64,000 nucleotides of DNA from Acidimicrobiales bacterium (lineage in GTDB: Bacteria; Actinomycetota; Acidimicrobiia; Acidimicrobiales; Palsa-688), in the NCBI GenBank assembly GCA_035552775.1, contig DASZKW010000043.1, positions 1 to 64,000 on the forward strand, in the 5' to 3' direction. The notes beneath the pieces were generated by a model. The model searched no databases and was not told the origin of the DNA. It worked only from the letters and a program-made list of their open reading frames with translations. A program made the position numbers and the translations under genes. Every line of letters begins with the position of its first letter. Position 1 is the first letter of the stretch. Shown piece by piece: positions 10,087-18,530 of this stretch.

Positions 10087-10857
10087 TCAGGAGGGCCGCG
10101 CCGGCCCGGCGACGACGGCGAAGCGGGGGCTGGAACCGAGGATCCGCTCGGCGACCGGCGCGTCGAGCGACGCCGCCCACTCGACGTCGCGCAGGCGGTG
10201 CAACCGGGGCTGGGACCAACCGGCATCGGCGACCAGGGTGGCCACGGCGGAGGGCGACGTGCCTCCCCCGAGGGGCATGGCGGCGCGCACAGACGTCGGG
10301 TATTCGGCGTGATGGCCACCGCGGGGGGCGCCCCTGGCCGCCCTGCCTGCCGCCACCCGCCCGAGGGTCGACTTGGTCCGGTGACGTAGGCGCTCGAGAG
10401 AGTCGTGGCCTCCCCACATTCCCTCGAACAGGACCAGGCGGCCGCCACCCGAGCTTCGGTGCCAGGCCCGCAGAGCCTCGAGCGGGTCGGGCAGGGTCCA
10501 CAGCAGGTGGCGTTCGATGACCGCGTCGAAGGGGCCGGGGGGTGGCCGCTCGGCCGACCCCTCCACCACCTCGACCTCGAGGCCCTCGCCGGCGGCCTTG
10601 GACTCGAGGCGCGCCAGCATTCCCGGCGACAGATCGAGCGCCGTCACCTGGTGTCCGAGCCGCGCCGCCAGCAGGCTCAAAAAGCCGGTGCCCGCTCCGC
10701 AGTCGAGGACGCGGGCGGGGGCGGGCGGCAGCATTTCGGTCAGAGCGGCCGCCCACGCCGCCCGCTCCGCGGGGGCGGTGGGGTGGTGGTTGGGCACGTT
10801 GTCGTAGATGGCGCTGTCGTCGTCCCAGAAGCGGCGGACCTCGTCGGCGATGGTCAT
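10087..10857 (-). CDS. class I SAM-dependent methyltransferase
   Basis: Motif I VLDCGAGTGFLS. 256 aa. Confidence 0.75.
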   Translation of the reverse strand: MTIADEVRRFWDDDSAIYDNVPNHHPTAPAERAAWAAALTEMLPPAPARVLDCGAGTGFLSLLAARLGHQVTALDLSPGMLARLESKAAGEGLEVEVVEGSAERPPPGPFDAVIERHLLWTLPDPLEALRAWHRSSGGGRLVLFEGMWGGHDSLERLRHRTKSTLGRVAAGRAARGAPRGGHHAEYPTSVRAAMPLGGGTSPSAVATLVADAGWSQPRLHRLRDVEWAASLDAPVAERILGSSPRFAVVAGPARPS

Positions 10858-10930
10858 GCTCCCCAGCCTACGAAGGCTGGAGCGCTCAGTTCTGGCGCGG
10901 CGCTACGCTCCCGCGGTGGCGTCGTACAGC

Positions 10931-11317
10931 ATGAGCCAGGCTGCCCGCCTGCTCGGGGTGAGCGCGGACACCGTCAGGCGCTGGGCCGACGGCGGGCGCC
11001 TGCCGGTGACGCGCCGGCCCGCGGGCCGGCGGGAGGTCGACGGGGAGGAACTGGCCCGGTTGGCCTCGTCGATGGCCGACGACACTGACCTGGGGGCGAC
11101 GGGCAGCCACTCGGCGCGCAACCGCCTGGTGGGCATCGTCACCAAGGTGACCAAGGACGGGGTGATGGCCCAGGTGGAGCTCCAGGCAGGCCCGTTCCGC
11201 ATCGTGTCCCTGCTCAGCCGGGAGGCGGCCGACGAGCTGGCCCTGGCCCCGGGGACCATGGCGGTGGCGTCGGTGAAGTCGACCTCCGTCACCATCGAGC
11301 TGCCGGCACCGACCTGA
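10931..11317 (+). CDS. MerR/excisionase-type HTH plus TOBE (molybdate-binding) domain regulator, ModE-like
   Basis: MSQAARLLGVSADTVRRWADGGRL HTH followed by a TOBE/Mop domain (NRLVGIVTKVTKDG...VELQAGPFRIVSLLSREA). Convergent with modABC. Confidence 0.7.
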   Translation: MSQAARLLGVSADTVRRWADGGRLPVTRRPAGRREVDGEELARLASSMADDTDLGATGSHSARNRLVGIVTKVTKDGVMAQVELQAGPFRIVSLLSREAADELALAPGTMAVASVKSTSVTIELPAPT

Positions 11318-11392
11318 ACGCGCCAGGCCGCTGCCAGCGGCGGCGGCACCCGCTGATGGGCAAGTCGCGGCCGGCGGCTCAGGCGTGGACGA

Positions 11393-11448
11393 GATCGCCG
11401 ACTGGGTACCTTCGTTCCTCGGGGAGTCGACGTAGCAACGCTCGCCTC
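11393..11448. repeat. partial copy (one arm plus adjacent core, about 43/44 nt identity) of the palindromic element at 48444-48540
   Basis: ggtaccttcgttcctcggggagtcgacgtagcaacgctcgcct equals the reverse complement of 48444-48486 with one mismatch. Confidence 0.8.
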
Positions 11449-11491
11449 GGGTAACTGCCCCGGCGGGAGCTTGGCAATACCATCTCGGCCG

Positions 11492-13354
11492 TCAAGGGCC
11501 TGCGCTGATGGGGCGGCCCAGGGAGCGCGGCGACGTCAACTCCTCTTGGCGCCACGCGCCGACCGGGGGTAGGTCGACACGGGCGAAGGACCCGGCCGCC
11601 AGGTCCTCCACCGCCCGGTGGTGGCTGACCAGCACCACGCCGGGGGCGAGCTCGACGGTCGCCTCGCCGCGCCGGCCGAGGTCCACGACGTCGAGGACCC
11701 GCACCGGCCATCGCCCCGCCGCCGAGGGGGCGACCTCCTCGGGGTCGACCGACCACAACACCCGTGCGCCCGGCCGCGCCGCCGCGCCGGGACCCAGATC
11801 GCAGGGCACGACGATCGGCCATGCGCCCGACCCCGCCGCGACCAGCGACGCCCCCGCGACGGTGCCTTCGTGGACGTTGGCCAACCCGAGCAGGTGGGCC
11901 ACTGTGACCGACGCGGGGCGGTCGAACAGCTCCCGGCGCGTGCCGGCCTGGAGGACCCGCCCTCCAGCGAGCACGACTATCTCGTCGGCCAAGGCCGCAG
12001 CCTCCTCGGGGTCGTGGGTCACCACCACGCTGGGCATGCCGGTGTCGACCTGGAGACGGCGCAGCTCGGCGCGCAGGGCGCGGCGAAGGGTGGTGTCCAA
12101 GGCGGCGAGCGGCTCGTCGAGAAGCAGAACCCGGGCCGGAGAGGCCAGGGCCCGGGCGAGGGCGACGCGCTGGCCCTGTCCCCCCGACAGCTCGGCGGGG
12201 TAGCGGGCCTCCAAGCCGTTCAGCCCCAGGCGGTCCAGCCACCACGACGCCCGGCCCGGGGATGCCCCCACGGCGAAGGTGACCTGGTCCCAAACGTCGA
12301 GGTGGGGCACCAGGGCGCCCCCCTGGGGGACGTAGCCCATTCCCCGCTGCTCGGCGCTGAGGGCTCCCAGCTCGTCGTCGCCGACCCTCACCCATCCTTC
12401 GGTCGTCGCCCTCACGCCGGCCAGCAGCTGGAGGGTGAGGCTTTTCCCCGCCCCCGACGGACCCACCACGGCGAGACGGGGGGACCCGGCCCGGTGGGCG
12501 ACGCGCAGGTCGAAGGTGCCGAGGCGCGCCCGGACCGAGAAGTCGAGGGGGAGGCTGGCGCTGGGACGGGGGGCCTCGGGCGGCGGGGGGGGCGGGGGCG
12601 GGCGGCGGCGGCGGCGCAGGTGCCCGACGCCAACGGCCACCAAGGCGGTGGCGATGGCGAGGTCGACGGGCACCTGGGTGGCCGACAGGCCCGTGCTGTC
12701 GAAGCCCACGTATGCGTACACGGGCAGGGAGTAGGGGTGGTAGGCGAGCAGCACGGTGGCGCCGAACTCGCCGAACGCCCGCAGCCAGGTCAGCACCAGG
12801 CCGGCGCGGATCCCAGGCAGCGCTTCGGCGACATCCACACGCCAGAAACGGGACCACCGCCGGTGACCGAGGGTGGCCGCCACCGCGTCGAGGGAAGGGT
12901 CGACGCCGGAAAACCCGGCCCGGGCGGCGACGATCAGGAACGGACCAGCCACGAACGTCTGGGCCAGGACGATGCCCCAGATCGACTCGGTCAGGCGTCC
13001 ACCGCTGTGGCGGCCGAGGAACGTGTACGGCCCGACCACCCGGATGAGCAGCAGGCCGCTCACCAGCGGGGGCAGGGCGAGGGGAAGCTGGACGAGCGCC
13101 CCGACCGTCCCCCACGCCCGGCGGCCCCAGCCCGGCGGCCGGCGGCGGGCGAGGACCCATGCGAGGGGTATGCCGAGGAGCGCTGTCACGGCGGTGGCCA
13201 CGCTGCTGGCCAGCACGGAGGTGCCGAGCGCCGCCCATACGCTGCTGCCACCGAGGCCTTGCCAATGCCCGGGCCCGAGGCGGGTCAGGGTCAGGGCGAC
13301 TGGAACGATGAGGTAGACGGCCAGCACGCCGCCGAGCACGGCGGCGACCGGCAC
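11492..13354 (-). CDS. molybdate ABC transporter permease-ATPase fusion (ModB-ModC), with C-terminal TOBE
   Basis: N-terminal ModB permease (EAA-like loop, 6 TM). Poly-Pro linker [13 protein letters not shown] encoded by a poly-G/C tract near 12590-12625. Then Walker A GPSGAGKS, LSGGQGQRVALARAL, Walker B LLLDEP, and a TOBE tail. GTG start at 13354 with GAGGAGG Shine-Dalgarno. Confidence 0.75.
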   Translation of the reverse strand: MPVAAVLGGVLAVYLIVPVALTLTRLGPGHWQGLGGSSVWAALGTSVLASSVATAVTALLGIPLAWVLARRRPPGWGRRAWGTVGALVQLPLALPPLVSGLLLIRVVGPYTFLGRHSGGRLTESIWGIVLAQTFVAGPFLIVAARAGFSGVDPSLDAVAATLGHRRWSRFWRVDVAEALPGIRAGLVLTWLRAFGEFGATVLLAYHPYSLPVYAYVGFDSTGLSATQVPVDLAIATALVAVGVGHLRRRRRPPPPPPPPEAPRPSASLPLDFSVRARLGTFDLRVAHRAGSPRLAVVGPSGAGKSLTLQLLAGVRATTEGWVRVGDDELGALSAEQRGMGYVPQGGALVPHLDVWDQVTFAVGASPGRASWWLDRLGLNGLEARYPAELSGGQGQRVALARALASPARVLLLDEPLAALDTTLRRALRAELRRLQVDTGMPSVVVTHDPEEAAALADEIVVLAGGRVLQAGTRRELFDRPASVTVAHLLGLANVHEGTVAGASLVAAGSGAWPIVVPCDLGPGAAARPGARVLWSVDPEEVAPSAAGRWPVRVLDVVDLGRRGEATVELAPGVVLVSHHRAVEDLAAGSFARVDLPPVGAWRQEELTSPRSLGRPISAGP

Positions 13355-13371
13355 CCTCCTCGCCAGGCTGG

Positions 13372-14346
13372 TCAGGGGACGGCGCGAAGGTCGGCCCGCA
13401 GGGCGGGGGGTACGGCCGACACGGGCCCGTTGAGCACCGGCGGGGCCGTCAGGGTGAGGCCGGCGCCGGCTAGGGCCCGCCGGCCGGCGCCGGAGTACAA
13501 GAAGGCGACGAAGGCGACGGCCGCGCCCTGGTGGGGGGCGCGTGCGACGACCGTGACGGTGTAGGAGGCGGACAGATGCACAGGGTCCAAGGACACAGTC
13601 GGGATCCCCGCCGCCTCGGCCTCGTTGGCGTAGAAGAAGCCGGCGTCGAGCTGTCCCGATTGCAGCTCGCCGACCAGGCTCTCCTCGGGGAAGACGTTGG
13701 CGGTGCTGGTGATGACGCCCGCCAGGCTGGGAGCGCGGGCCGCCGTCTCGGCCTGTCGGATCGCCTGGAGCGTCAGCTTTCCCTTGGGGTCGAGCTCGGG
13801 ATCGGTCCGACCGAGCAGGAAGCCGGGTTGGGTGACCACGTCGTACCAGGGCATGGACCTGGGGCCGCCGGGCTCGATCTGGGCGGCGAAGCGGCCGTGG
13901 GGGTTGTAGCCGAGCACCAGGGGGGCCGACGCCAGCGAGGCGTACCACGAGACCCAGCCGCCGTTGGCGCTGCCCTCGAGGGCGGCGTCGGCGGTGGGGC
14001 TGGCGGAGACGAACACGTCGGCCTGGCGCACCTTGCCCTTGATCTCGTTGACCAGGGCGTCGGATCCCCCGGCGAACCCGGTGAAGCTGGCACCGTCGGC
14101 GGCGTCGAAAGCCGGCCCGATGGTGGTGGCCATGAGGTGCTCCAGGGAGGCGGCGTAGAGGACGTCCACCGGCCCAGCGGCGCGCCGCGAAGCGGAGGTC
14201 GCCGGCGACGGCCCGCTCGCCGGCGCTGTCGAACCGCAGGCGGTGAGCGCGGCGGTGAGCGCCGCGGTGAGAGCCGCGGTGACGACGGTGCCAGCCACCG
14301 TCTCCACTGAGGTCGCAGACACCGCAAGCAACGGTACCGCGCTCAC
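13372..14346 (-). CDS. modA: molybdate/tungstate-type ABC substrate-binding lipoprotein (ModA-like)
   Basis: Lipobox LTAALTAALTAC. Periplasmic-binding-protein fold motifs. Start assigned to GTG at about 14346 (uncertain). Confidence 0.65.
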   Translation of the reverse strand: MSAVPLLAVSATSVETVAGTVVTAALTAALTAALTACGSTAPASGPSPATSASRRAAGPVDVLYAASLEHLMATTIGPAFDAADGASFTGFAGGSDALVNEIKGKVRQADVFVSASPTADAALEGSANGGWVSWYASLASAPLVLGYNPHGRFAAQIEPGGPRSMPWYDVVTQPGFLLGRTDPELDPKGKLTLQAIRQAETAARAPSLAGVITSTANVFPEESLVGELQSGQLDAGFFYANEAEAAGIPTVSLDPVHLSASYTVTVVARAPHQGAAVAFVAFLYSGAGRRALAGAGLTLTAPPVLNGPVSAVPPALRADLRAVP

Positions 14347-14389
14347 GCATGTGCGGGCAACTTCCGCCGGGTTGGTGCTGCAAGTGCGC

Positions 14390-14411
14390 CGACGACCAGG
14401 GGAGGTCGTCG
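14390..14411. promoter_or_regulatory. 8-bp inverted repeat cgacgacc-N6-ggtcgtcg in the modA/GAF-ANTAR divergent promoter region
   Basis: Seen directly. Candidate operator. Confidence 0.3.
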
Positions 14412-14502
14412 TCCGGGTCCGGTGGCCAACCCCCTCCCCCGGGAGTGATCCCCGCGCCCGATTCTCCGGTATGGCGCCCGGTGGCATATTTTCTTCACCC
14501 GT

Positions 14503-15279
14503 ATGAGCGTGAAGCCGACAGGGAAAGAGACGCTGCTCGCCGAGACTTTCGTCGCCTTGGCCGACACCTTGGTGGACGACTTCGACGTGATCGACACCCT
14601 CACCACCCTCGTCGCCCGGACCATCGCCGTGCTGGGGGCGGAGGAGGCGGGCATCCTCCTGGCCGGCCCGGAGGGCGACCTCCACGTCGTGGCCGCCTCG
14701 AGCGAGGCGGCGCGCCTGTTGGAGCTGCTCCAACTGCAGACCTCCCAGGGCCCGTGCCTGGACTGCGTCGCCAGCGGCCGGCCGGTGCACGGCGACGATC
14801 TGTCCACGAGCTCTCGATGGCCGAAGTTCGCCCCGGTGGCGGCGGAAGCCGGGTTCCTCTCTGTCACCGCGATCCCGTTGCGCCTGCGCGACCGGGTCAT
14901 CGGCGGGCTGAACATGTTCATGGCCGAGCCCGCAGAGGTGGGCGACGACTACCTACGCACCGCCCAAGCCCTAGCCGCGGTGGCGACCATCGCCATCCTG
15001 CAGGACCAAGCGGTCCGGGACGCGCAACGCATCGCCGCCCAGTTGCAAGGTGCCCTCGACAGCCGGACGACGATCGAGCAGGCCAAGGGCATGCTGGCCG
15101 AACGGGCGGGCGTCGACATGGACGAGGCGTTCAACCGCCTGCGCCGCTACTCCCGCGACGCCAACGTCCGCCTGACCGCGCTCGCCGCCAAGGTGGTCGG
15201 CGGGGATCTCCCTGTCGAGGTCAAGTGCGCGTTGCTGTCGTCCCGTCGTTCGCCGGCCGGGCGGGCCACAACCAATTAG
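14503..15279 (+). CDS. GAF-ANTAR RNA-binding antitermination regulator
   Basis: N-terminal GAF-like domain. The C-terminal ANTAR signature includes RTTIEQAKGMLAERAGVDMDEAFNRLRRYSRDANVRL. Confidence 0.8.
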   Translation: MSVKPTGKETLLAETFVALADTLVDDFDVIDTLTTLVARTIAVLGAEEAGILLAGPEGDLHVVAASSEAARLLELLQLQTSQGPCLDCVASGRPVHGDDLSTSSRWPKFAPVAAEAGFLSVTAIPLRLRDRVIGGLNMFMAEPAEVGDDYLRTAQALAAVATIAILQDQAVRDAQRIAAQLQGALDSRTTIEQAKGMLAERAGVDMDEAFNRLRRYSRDANVRLTALAAKVVGGDLPVEVKCALLSSRRSPAGRATTN

Positions 15280-15369
15280 CAATTAGCCCGGCGGCTGGCC
15301 CGGTAGCACCGAGACCACGCGCTTTTCCGGCCGGGAGGAGAGCGCCGGCGTTACATGCTTCCTCGGTCA

Positions 15370-15459
15370 GGGTCCGGCGCCGAACTACTTGGACCGTGGC
15401 CGCGCCGCTGACTGGGCCAACGTCCCCGCAAGAGTGAAAAGTAGTTCGGCGCCGGACCC
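15370..15459. repeat. perfect 21-bp inverted repeat (gggtccggcgccgaactactt / aagtagttcggcgccggaccc) with 48-nt spacer
   Basis: Seen directly. Intergenic between the ANTAR regulator and nfeD-floT. Confidence 0.85.
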
Positions 15460-15474
15460 TTAGTACCATCGGAT

Positions 15475-15726
15475 TTGGTGCACCACGCCTTCTACGATCC
15501 TGGGTCCCAACCCGAAGAACAGCTGCAAGGCCGGATCGGGCGAGTAACGGTCCCGATCCCCGCACGCGGGCCCGGCGAGATCGTGGTCGCCATCCGTGGC
15601 GGGACCGAACGCTTCGCCGCCTGGTGCGACGAGCCTGTTCCCAAGCACGCGTCAGTCGTTGTCGTCGAGGTTCGCTCCCCGCGCTCGGTCGACGTCGCAC
15701 CATTCCCTGAAGCCGACGACCTGTGA
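15475..15726 (+). CDS. NfeD-like OB-fold domain protein (short form)
   Basis: GRVTVPIPARGPGEIVVAIRGGTERFAAWCDEPVPKHASVVVVEV resembles the NfeD C-terminal beta-barrel. It is immediately upstream of flotillin, the classic nfeD-floT pairing. TTG/GTG start uncertain. Confidence 0.5.
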   Translation: MVHHAFYDPGSQPEEQLQGRIGRVTVPIPARGPGEIVVAIRGGTERFAAWCDEPVPKHASVVVVEVRSPRSVDVAPFPEADDL

Positions 15727-15733
15727 GGCCCTG

Positions 15734-17113
15734 ATGTTCTTCTGGCACGTTCCCGCTCCCGACGAGGCCCTTCTCATTTCAGGTTCCAAGCACAAGGACG
15801 GGGCGACGCAGTTCCGCATCGTGACCGGCCACGGGTCGTTCGTCCTACCTGTGAAGCAGAAGGCCCGATTACTGTCGCTCGCCCTGCGAGAGGCCGAGCT
15901 TTTGGAGGAGTGCGTCACCACCCAGGGCATCCCGCTCAAGGTCACGGCCGTCGCGGTGTTCAAGGTGGGCGACGACAACCCGTCCATAGCCAACGCCGCG
16001 AGGCGCTTCCTGGCGGAGCAGAGCCGGATGGAGGAGCTGTGCGGGCGCATCTTCGCCGGCCATCTTCGCTCCATCGTGGGCAGCCTGACAGTCGAGGAGA
16101 TCATCCGCGAGCGCGACAAGGTCGCCCAGGAGGTCAAAGACGGGAGCCATCCCGAAATGGAGAAGCTCGGCATCGTCGTGGACGGCTTCCAGATCCAAGA
16201 GATCGAGGACCCGACCGGCTACATCAAGAACCTGGCTGCCCCCCACGCGGCCGCGGTTGCTTCGGCGGCTCGGATCGCCGCCGCCGAACGAGATCAGGAA
16301 GCTGCAGAAAAAGAGCAGGCGGCGGCACGGGCCAAGGCTCAATTCGAGCGGGAGACGGCGATCGTGCGGGCCAAGGTCGAAGCGGAGGTGCAAGAAGCTC
16401 AGGCCAAAGCCGCCCAAGCCGGACCGTTGTCCCAGGCCCAGGCCTCCCAAAACGTCATCGCCGAGCAGACCGCGCTGGCCGAACGGGAAGCGGCCCTTAC
16501 CGAGAAGCGCCTCGAGTCCCAGGTGCGCCGGCCTGCCGACGCCGAAGCGTACAAGCAGCGCACCCTGGCCGAAGCCGCCCGCGATGCGGTGATGCACAAC
16601 ACGGAGGGCGAAGCGTTCAAGCAGCGGGCCATGGCCGAGGCCAACCGTGACACCACGCTGCTCAACACCGGGGCCGAGGCCTCCCGTCGCCGCTCGCTCG
16701 CGGAAGCCGAAGCCGACGCCCAGCGGGTCTCCGCCCAGGCCGGGGCCGATGCCGTCAAGGCCCGCGCCGATGGTGACGCGTTCGCCCAGCGAGCCACCGC
16801 CACCGCCGAGGCCGATGCCATCAACGCCAGGGCGGCGGCCCTGTCGGGTGAGAACCAGGCTCTCATCGCCGCCAACAAGCTCGTCGACATGCTGCCGTCG
16901 TTGGTGGAAGCGGCGGCTGGAGGCATCTCCGGCTCCAACCTGACCGTGCTCAACGGCTCCCAGGGCGTCAACGAGATGGCCGTCGGCGTCGTCGCCCAGG
17001 GTCTCAGCATCTTCGACACCCTGCGTAAGAGCCTGGCAACCGGAAACGGCGCCCTACGGGTACCTAACGTACCGGCCGACGGCGAAGCTGCGCCCGAGAA
17101 GGTGGCCCGCTAG
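15734..17113 (+). CDS. floT: flotillin (SPFH/band-7 family) with Ala/Glu-rich coiled-coil repeats
   Basis: MFFWHVPAPDEALLISGSK... SPFH domain followed by a long EA-repeat region (AEAYKQRTLAEAARDA...). Confidence 0.8.
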   Translation: MFFWHVPAPDEALLISGSKHKDGATQFRIVTGHGSFVLPVKQKARLLSLALREAELLEECVTTQGIPLKVTAVAVFKVGDDNPSIANAARRFLAEQSRMEELCGRIFAGHLRSIVGSLTVEEIIRERDKVAQEVKDGSHPEMEKLGIVVDGFQIQEIEDPTGYIKNLAAPHAAAVASAARIAAAERDQEAAEKEQAAARAKAQFERETAIVRAKVEAEVQEAQAKAAQAGPLSQAQASQNVIAEQTALAEREAALTEKRLESQVRRPADAEAYKQRTLAEAARDAVMHNTEGEAFKQRAMAEANRDTTLLNTGAEASRRRSLAEAEADAQRVSAQAGADAVKARADGDAFAQRATATAEADAINARAAALSGENQALIAANKLVDMLPSLVEAAAGGISGSNLTVLNGSQGVNEMAVGVVAQGLSIFDTLRKSLATGNGALRVPNVPADGEAAPEKVAR

Positions 17114-17167
17114 AGCCGGCTGCTCGTCTCGGTCGGCGACCCGCTCGTGGGTGGCGGCGGCCCAGCG

Positions 17168-17251
<84 letters not shown>

Positions 17252-17321
17252 GAGTGGGATACCGACCCTATACGACCTGGCACCGGACAAGCACCCGCCG
17301 CAGGTACGATCAGCGACGATC

Positions 17322-18047
17322 ATGGGACTCCAGCAGTTCGAGCGCCGCCTCGAACGCCTCGTCGAAGGGGTGTTCGCAAGGGCCTTCCGCAGCGGGCTCC
17401 AGCCCGTCGAGGTGGGGCGCCGCCTGGCGCGCGAGATGGACCTGAGGCGCCAGGTGGCACCGAAGGGGATCCTGGCGCCCAACCGGTTCATAGTCTCCCT
17501 CTCCCCCGAGGACCGTGCCCGCTTCGCACCCATAGAGGACGAACTGGTCCGTGAGCTGATGTCGGTGGCCAAGGACCACGCCCGCAGCGAGGCTTACTCC
17601 TTCGTCGGGCCGGTGGAGGTGGACCTCGAGACCGACGACGACCTGTCGCCGGGCGTGGTGCTGGTGTCGGGGGAGATGATGGGCGACGAGCGCCCCGCCC
17701 CTGGGCGCGGCGCTCCCACGGGGGCGCCCCCGCGCGGTGCCATGACGGGGGCGCCCCCGCGCCGTGGCGCCACCATCGTCCTGCCGGACGGCCGGCGCCT
17801 GGTGCTGGGAGCCAAGAGCCTGGTCATGGGCCGGCTCCCTGAGTGCGACCTGGTGCTCGCCGACCCCAACGTGAGCCGCCGCCACGCCGAGCTGCGCCCG
17901 GCGGGCAACGGGCGCTTCGAAGTGGCCGATCTGGGCAGCACCAACGGGACCAGGGTGAATGGCATCCCGGTGAGGGGGGCACAGCTTCTCCGCGACGGCG
18001 ACGAGATCACCGTGGGAGCCACGGCCGTGCGCTTCGAGCAGGGCTGA
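17322..18047 (+). CDS. fhaA: FhaA (DUF3662 plus C-terminal FHA domain)
   Basis: MGLQQFERRLERLVEGVFARAFRSG N-terminus and a C-terminal FHA domain (GRLPECDLVLADPNVSRRHAEL...GSTNGTRVNG). Confidence 0.85.
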   Translation: MGLQQFERRLERLVEGVFARAFRSGLQPVEVGRRLAREMDLRRQVAPKGILAPNRFIVSLSPEDRARFAPIEDELVRELMSVAKDHARSEAYSFVGPVEVDLETDDDLSPGVVLVSGEMMGDERPAPGRGAPTGAPPRGAMTGAPPRRGATIVLPDGRRLVLGAKSLVMGRLPECDLVLADPNVSRRHAELRPAGNGRFEVADLGSTNGTRVNGIPVRGAQLLRDGDEITVGATAVRFEQG

Positions 18048-18520
18048 TGCCGAGCTCGCTGCTCACGTTCCTCAAGTACATCTTTTTGGCTGTGCTCTAC
18101 CTGTTCTTCCTGCGGGTGCTGCGGGCCGTGTGGATCGAGCTGCGCGACCCGAAGGTCGTCCCTGCTGGCGCCGGGGCTGCCCCGTCGCCAGCCGGGTCAC
18201 CCGCCGCCAGGCCGGCTCCCCCCCAGCCGGTGGAGCGCCTCACCGTCGTGGCTCCGGTCGAGCGGGCGGGCCACGTTTACCACCTCGGGGAGGAACTGAC
18301 GGTCGGTCGGGCCCCTGGGTGCGGTGTTTCCCTGGCTGACGACAGCTTCGTCTCCCAGCTCCACGCCAGGGTCTTCCGCCGAGATGGTGAGTACTTCGTG
18401 GAAGACCTCGGGTCCACCAACGGGACGCTGCTCAACAACCACAAGGTCGCCGCGCCGGTGGCCCTGCGCCCCGGGGACCGTCTCCAGATCGGCAAGACAG
18501 TGCTGGAGCTGGCCCGGTGA
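18046..18520 (+). CDS. fhaB: FhaB/FipA (TM plus FHA domain)
   Basis: ATG overlaps the fhaA stop (TGATG). N-terminal TM, C-terminal FHA (VSQLHARVFRRDGEYFVEDLGSTNGTLLNN). Confidence 0.8.
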
Positions 18521-18530
18521 GCACGGGTCC

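Noticed and set aside
13355-14383. N-terminal about 340 aa of track ORF 11492..14383
   Set aside because: Read-through across modA in another frame. ModB starts at the GTG at 13354, which has a GAGGAGG Shine-Dalgarno.
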